Origin: an uncultured Gammaproteobacteria bacterium
GTDB taxonomy: Bacteria > Patescibacteriota > Patescibacteriia > Patescibacteriales > UBA12075
Direction of reading: 5' to 3'
Assembly: GCA_964451485.1 (NCBI GenBank)
Contig: CAYVIA010000004.1
Coordinates: 1 to 37,508 of the forward strand
Length of the DNA stretch: 37,508 bases
The notes under the pieces are model-generated. The model was not told the origin of the DNA. It made no database searches and saw only the letters and a list, made by a program, of their open reading frames with translations. Shown here in pieces: positions 34,201-37,508 of this stretch (positions are counted from its first letter, which is position 1; each line of letters begins with the position of its first letter). The position numbers were made by a program, and so were the translations under genes.

Positions 34201-36369
34201 TTAATTCTTTAAAATCGGCAGTTTAAAACAGAACTTCGCTCCCCTGCCCGCGCCCTTGCTCTCGGCCCAAATCTTGCCGCTGTGGGCGTCTATTACTTTC
34301 TTAGCCACGAAGAGTCCCAGCCCCGTGCCTTCGGTATGAACGAGCGAGGTGCCGGCGCCGCGGGAAAATTTCTTGAAAAGATTAGGCAGGTCTTCCGGCC
34401 TGATGCCCATACCGGAGTCGGACACGCAAAATTCGATCTCGTCACCCGCTCTTTTCAAACTGACGGCAATCCTGCCCTTAGTCGTATATTTAATGGCGTT
34501 ATCGATCAGGTTCATCACCACTTGCCTCAATTTCTCCTCATCGGCCCCGACCGGCGGCAGCGCTTCCGCGGGCAATTCGGCGTCGATAGAGAGTCCCTTG
34601 CCGGTTGCCGTCCCCGACAGCTCATCCATCACGTCACGCACGAGTTCGTCCAGGCGCATTTCCTCGAAGTCATACTGCAATTTGCCCGATTCGATGCGGG
34701 AAATATTGAGAAGATTTTCGACCAGGCGGATCAGGCGCTCGTTCGACAGAAAAACCTTTTCCAACGCGTCCCTTTTCTTGTCGGTCAGGCGGCCGAAATT
34801 GCCCTCGATCATCATGGAAATATAACCCTTGATAATCGACAAAGGCGTCCTTAACTGGTGCGAAGCGATGGAAATGAACTCACTCTTGGCCGCGTCCAGT
34901 TCTTTGAGTTTGACATTGGCGGCCTTAAGTTCGGCCGTGGCCCGCTTCACTTCTTTTTCGAGCGTAACGTTAAAATCCTTCGTTTCCTTATAAAGCAAAG
35001 CGTTTTCGAGGGCGATGGCCGTCTGCGCGCCGACGATCTCGAGCACCTGCACGTCTTCATGGTTATACATATCCCCGGATTCTTTGGGACCGAGCGCCAA
35101 AAGTCCGATAGTTTTATCTTTGACCAACAAGGGGACGAGCACGTGAATGTCGTATTTTTTGAGCAGAGCGATCGTGCGCCCGTATCGCTCGCCGAATTTT
35201 TCTTTCGATTCGTCCGTGATGATCACGCGGTTGTGCTTAATGACCTCGGTATAAAATCCCGGCTCTTCGGTAAAACTATAGCGCTCTTTGCGCTCATGTC
35301 CCGTATCGAAAGCGGCTTCATATTCTCTCGTTTTTTCGTTCCAGATCAGCACGGTCATGGTCTTGATATGCAGGACGTTAACGAGCGTGCCGGACACGAA
35401 GGCATAGATCATTTTAACCTCCAGCGTAGCCTTGAGTTTTTCCGACAGATCCGCGATCACCTCCCGCGCGTCGTAGAGGGAAGAGAAAAAATATTTGTTG
35501 GCGATGCGGTAGTAGTAATCCTTAACCGAGGAAAAAATGGAAATCGACAGCACCAGCACAACAAAATCGATCAAGATAGATTGCCGACCGAATGATAAAG
35601 ATAATAAATATTTCAAAAAGATAGCCGGAATTAAAATCGTGATCAAAGAGGCGAGATAGACGGAATATCTGCGCAAGACGAACCTAATGTCCATTAAGTG
35701 CAAACGAACAATGGCATAACTGGTCAGCAAAACCATAACCAAAGAAGAAATTTGTCCGGCCCAATTCAAACTGAAATTTCCCAGGGTCGGCAATGTCAGG
35801 TTCGTTAGCATGCCCGCGATAGACCCAAGGAGAATGCCGGAAAATATATAAATTATCTGCTGTCTGACAATACCCGACGATCTTCTCAGTTTTCTGAATA
35901 AAATATAATATAACCACAAAAAATAACCGGAAATAAAAAGGGTATATATCGAATAGTATAATGAACCGAAAATTATCTTCTTTTCTTGCCCGGGCGCGAA
36001 TTCCACGCTCTTTATTATCATGTCAGTAAAAAGAACCAAACCTGATAGCGAGATTCCGCTTCCGAAAACGATCACATAAATATATTTTTTGATTTTATCC
36101 GATGACTCGGGAAACAAATAAGCGAAACATATCAGGAAAGACACGATAAAAATAGGCGAGACATAAAGTGTCTTGCACCAAAATATCGAATCGCCTACGG
36201 TTGCCGCGGATCTGTACAGCATCATGGAAATACTCCAGGTGACGACACTTAACGCGAATAAACTAAAAATCTGATTTATGATTTTCCTTTTCCCCTTAAA
36301 CAAAACAAGAATGCCCATCATTAAGTTTATACCGGCTGAAATCGCGATTGATGTATTTATTAAATCCAT
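34201..36369 (-). CDS. multi-pass membrane (about 8-9 TM) GAF-domain sensor histidine kinase
   Basis: 722 aa. Hydrophobic N-terminal 290 aa or so, GAF-like segment ending LVPLLVKDKTIGLLALG...EIVGAQTAIALENA, H-box SEFISIASHQLRTPLSIIKG, N/G boxes NLIDNAIKYT, DSGMGI, GTGLGLFV. Confidence 0.9.
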   Translation of the reverse strand: MDLINTSIAISAGINLMMGILVLFKGKRKIINQIFSLFALSVVTWSISMMLYRSAATVGDSIFWCKTLYVSPIFIVSFLICFAYLFPESSDKIKKYIYVIVFGSGISLSGLVLFTDMIIKSVEFAPGQEKKIIFGSLYYSIYTLFISGYFLWLYYILFRKLRRSSGIVRQQIIYIFSGILLGSIAGMLTNLTLPTLGNFSLNWAGQISSLVMVLLTSYAIVRLHLMDIRFVLRRYSVYLASLITILIPAIFLKYLLSLSFGRQSILIDFVVLVLSISIFSSVKDYYYRIANKYFFSSLYDAREVIADLSEKLKATLEVKMIYAFVSGTLVNVLHIKTMTVLIWNEKTREYEAAFDTGHERKERYSFTEEPGFYTEVIKHNRVIITDESKEKFGERYGRTIALLKKYDIHVLVPLLVKDKTIGLLALGPKESGDMYNHEDVQVLEIVGAQTAIALENALLYKETKDFNVTLEKEVKRATAELKAANVKLKELDAAKSEFISIASHQLRTPLSIIKGYISMMIEGNFGRLTDKKRDALEKVFLSNERLIRLVENLLNISRIESGKLQYDFEEMRLDELVRDVMDELSGTATGKGLSIDAELPAEALPPVGADEEKLRQVVMNLIDNAIKYTTKGRIAVSLKRAGDEIEFCVSDSGMGIRPEDLPNLFKKFSRGAGTSLVHTEGTGLGLFVAKKVIDAHSGKIWAESKGAGRGAKFCFKLPILKN

Positions 36370-36380
36370 AAGACAACCGA

Positions 36381-37454
36381 TTAACCGTTTGTTTTAATAA
36401 TTTTTTTAATTTTACCTATTTGTTGCTCGGTATATATCTTCCCGCCTCTTTGATAATTTTCTATTTTCAGGTCAAGTGCATTACCCATTTCCGATATTGT
36501 CTCTATGGTCTGTATTTCCACCTCCCCGATTTTATATGCAAAAAATCTTTCGTTGACGGCCATAATCATAACCTCACCCAAGCAGGAAAAAATATTATTT
36601 TTCCCCGCCAAGCCAAAATTGAAATTAATTTTCAAGGGCGCGGAAAGCACGCCCCCATCGACTATCATCACGTCTTTTCTTTTGCGCATCACTTCCGGCG
36701 AAATATCCGTTGGCTGGGCATCATCTACGACGATGGCTCCCGGCTTTAAATCGTCAGGTCTAATTAATGTTTCAGGAGCATTGGTAGCGGCAATAACGAT
36801 ATCGGCGTTTTTAATATCGTGTACATCATAAGAAGTGGATACATCAATCCGTGACTCCAGTTCTTTAAGTTTTAAAATCAATTTCCGTAAATTATCTTTC
36901 TTCCGCTCTAAATCCATCAACAATATTTTTTTTACGCCTTTCTGGGACAAAACATAAGCACAAGTCGAGCCGATCGAACCCGCCGCCCCCACAATCGCTA
37001 TCTGAATTTTTTCTTTATCCAACGCAAATTCATTAATCGCCTTAAAGACATAAGAAGTTACCGTATGTGCCGTATAGGCGTGTCCCGAAATAATTTTTAT
37101 GTTTACCTTATCTTTGATCAACTCTCCCCCGCCGGTAACCGAAGAGGTCAAAGCGCCCAGGCCCACAATCCGGGCCCCAAGTTTTTCCGCTTTATTTATC
37201 GCCTGTATTACTCTTTTCTGCGCCAACTCCCGGTTATCGAGCATCTGCCTAGCTGTCATGGGCAGGCCGATAATAAAACCATTAATACCCTTCCCGGAAT
37301 TCTTAGCTTTTAGTCCCCTAATAACCGATACCAAAACCGGCGGCCAGTGATTACACCAAAATTCTATCAACCCCCGGGGTAAACATTTAGCGAATTTGTA
37401 CTTTAGTTGCACGTCCGTATGGTCGCGGGCGTGCACCAAAAAAGCGAAATCCAT
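36381..37454 (-). CDS. COG5322-family NAD(P)-dependent oxidoreductase, homologous to cyanobacterial acyl-ACP reductase (AAR)
   Basis: Collinear with AAR: FAFLVHARD (AAR FGLIGHLTS), LIEFWCNHWPP (LEFWSSAPP), GLGALTS (ALGGFTS), GHAYTAHTV (GNTHTAYV), Rossmann IAIVGAAGSIGS (VAVVGATGDIGS), and NIFSCLGEVMI aligning with the AAR active-site MFACFAEAML. I prefer the ATG at 37454. The ORF-track start at 37460 is a TTG. Confidence 0.65.
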   Translation of the reverse strand: MDFAFLVHARDHTDVQLKYKFAKCLPRGLIEFWCNHWPPVLVSVIRGLKAKNSGKGINGFIIGLPMTARQMLDNRELAQKRVIQAINKAEKLGARIVGLGALTSSVTGGGELIKDKVNIKIISGHAYTAHTVTSYVFKAINEFALDKEKIQIAIVGAAGSIGSTCAYVLSQKGVKKILLMDLERKKDNLRKLILKLKELESRIDVSTSYDVHDIKNADIVIAATNAPETLIRPDDLKPGAIVVDDAQPTDISPEVMRKRKDVMIVDGGVLSAPLKINFNFGLAGKNNIFSCLGEVMIMAVNERFFAYKIGEVEIQTIETISEMGNALDLKIENYQRGGKIYTEQQIGKIKKIIKTNG

Positions 37455-37508
37455 AAACAAAAAAACTATATATATTATATAGTTTAATTATAGCAGAAAA
37501 CTGGGAAA

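Noticed and set aside
37463-37485. 10-bp-arm palindrome (AAACTATATA-TAT-TATATAGTTT) upstream of the AAR-like gene.
   Set aside because: It is very AT-rich and sits at the window edge, so the promoter context cannot be judged. It could be an operator, but the evidence is too thin.
1-37508. Alternative genetic code (UGA recoding as in some CPR lineages), prophage or integrative element, and tRNA/rRNA genes.
   Set aside because: - Long conserved ORFs are uninterrupted under the standard code, and TGA terminates several well-defined genes.
- No integrase, transposase, capsid or terminase-like ORFs are present.
- No cloverleaf-like or rRNA-like conserved sequence was recognised in the few intergenic regions.

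Overview
The window looks like a gene-dense chromosomal segment of a small-genome uncultivated bacterium. A Patescibacteria/CPR-like origin is my inference from the gene content, the domain-reduced repair proteins and a type-2-looking IleRS. It uses the standard code, because TGA is used as a stop. About 30 CDS are supported, and all but four are on the minus strand.

Left to right:
- A DUF4258-like/DUF2283 small-gene pair and a lone porB (plus strand).
- rpoC-rpoB.
- A MurE-like ligase, a FemAB-type peptidyltransferase and ruvA.
- A signalling cluster: REC-REC protein, cytoplasmic PAS histidine kinase, two paralogous V4R-like small proteins, membrane PAS histidine kinase.
- pepA, htpX, lemA.
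- A minimal PilB/GspE-like ATPase, a ThiI-like PP-loop protein and ileS.
- An HTH plus nucleotidyltransferase pair (AbiE-like), a small membrane protein and a NUDIX hydrolase.
- uvrB (plus strand) convergent with uvrC.
- A 58-aa ferredoxin, a REC-only regulator, a multi-TM GAF histidine kinase and an acyl-ACP-reductase-like (COG5322) oxidoreductase.

I saw no rRNA, tRNA, CRISPR array, transposase or integrase.

Most interesting signals:
1. A histidine-kinase cluster with two stand-alone V4R-type sensor-domain proteins between two paralogous kinases, and only output-less receivers.
2. A window-wide family of 7-nt (or 14-nt) period tandem repeats that sit in frame inside conserved genes (femX-like, ileS, uvrC) as well as between genes.
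3. Long imperfect palindromes built of 9-bp periodic TTGGGAT units that bracket DUF2283-porB.
4. An AbiE-like HTH/NTase pair with a canonical promoter and a well-placed inverted-repeat operator.
5. A perfect 26-bp inverted repeat between lemA and htpX.
6. UvrB and UvrC that both lack or alter the domains normally used for their handshake.

All family calls come from motif recognition by eye. No searches were run.
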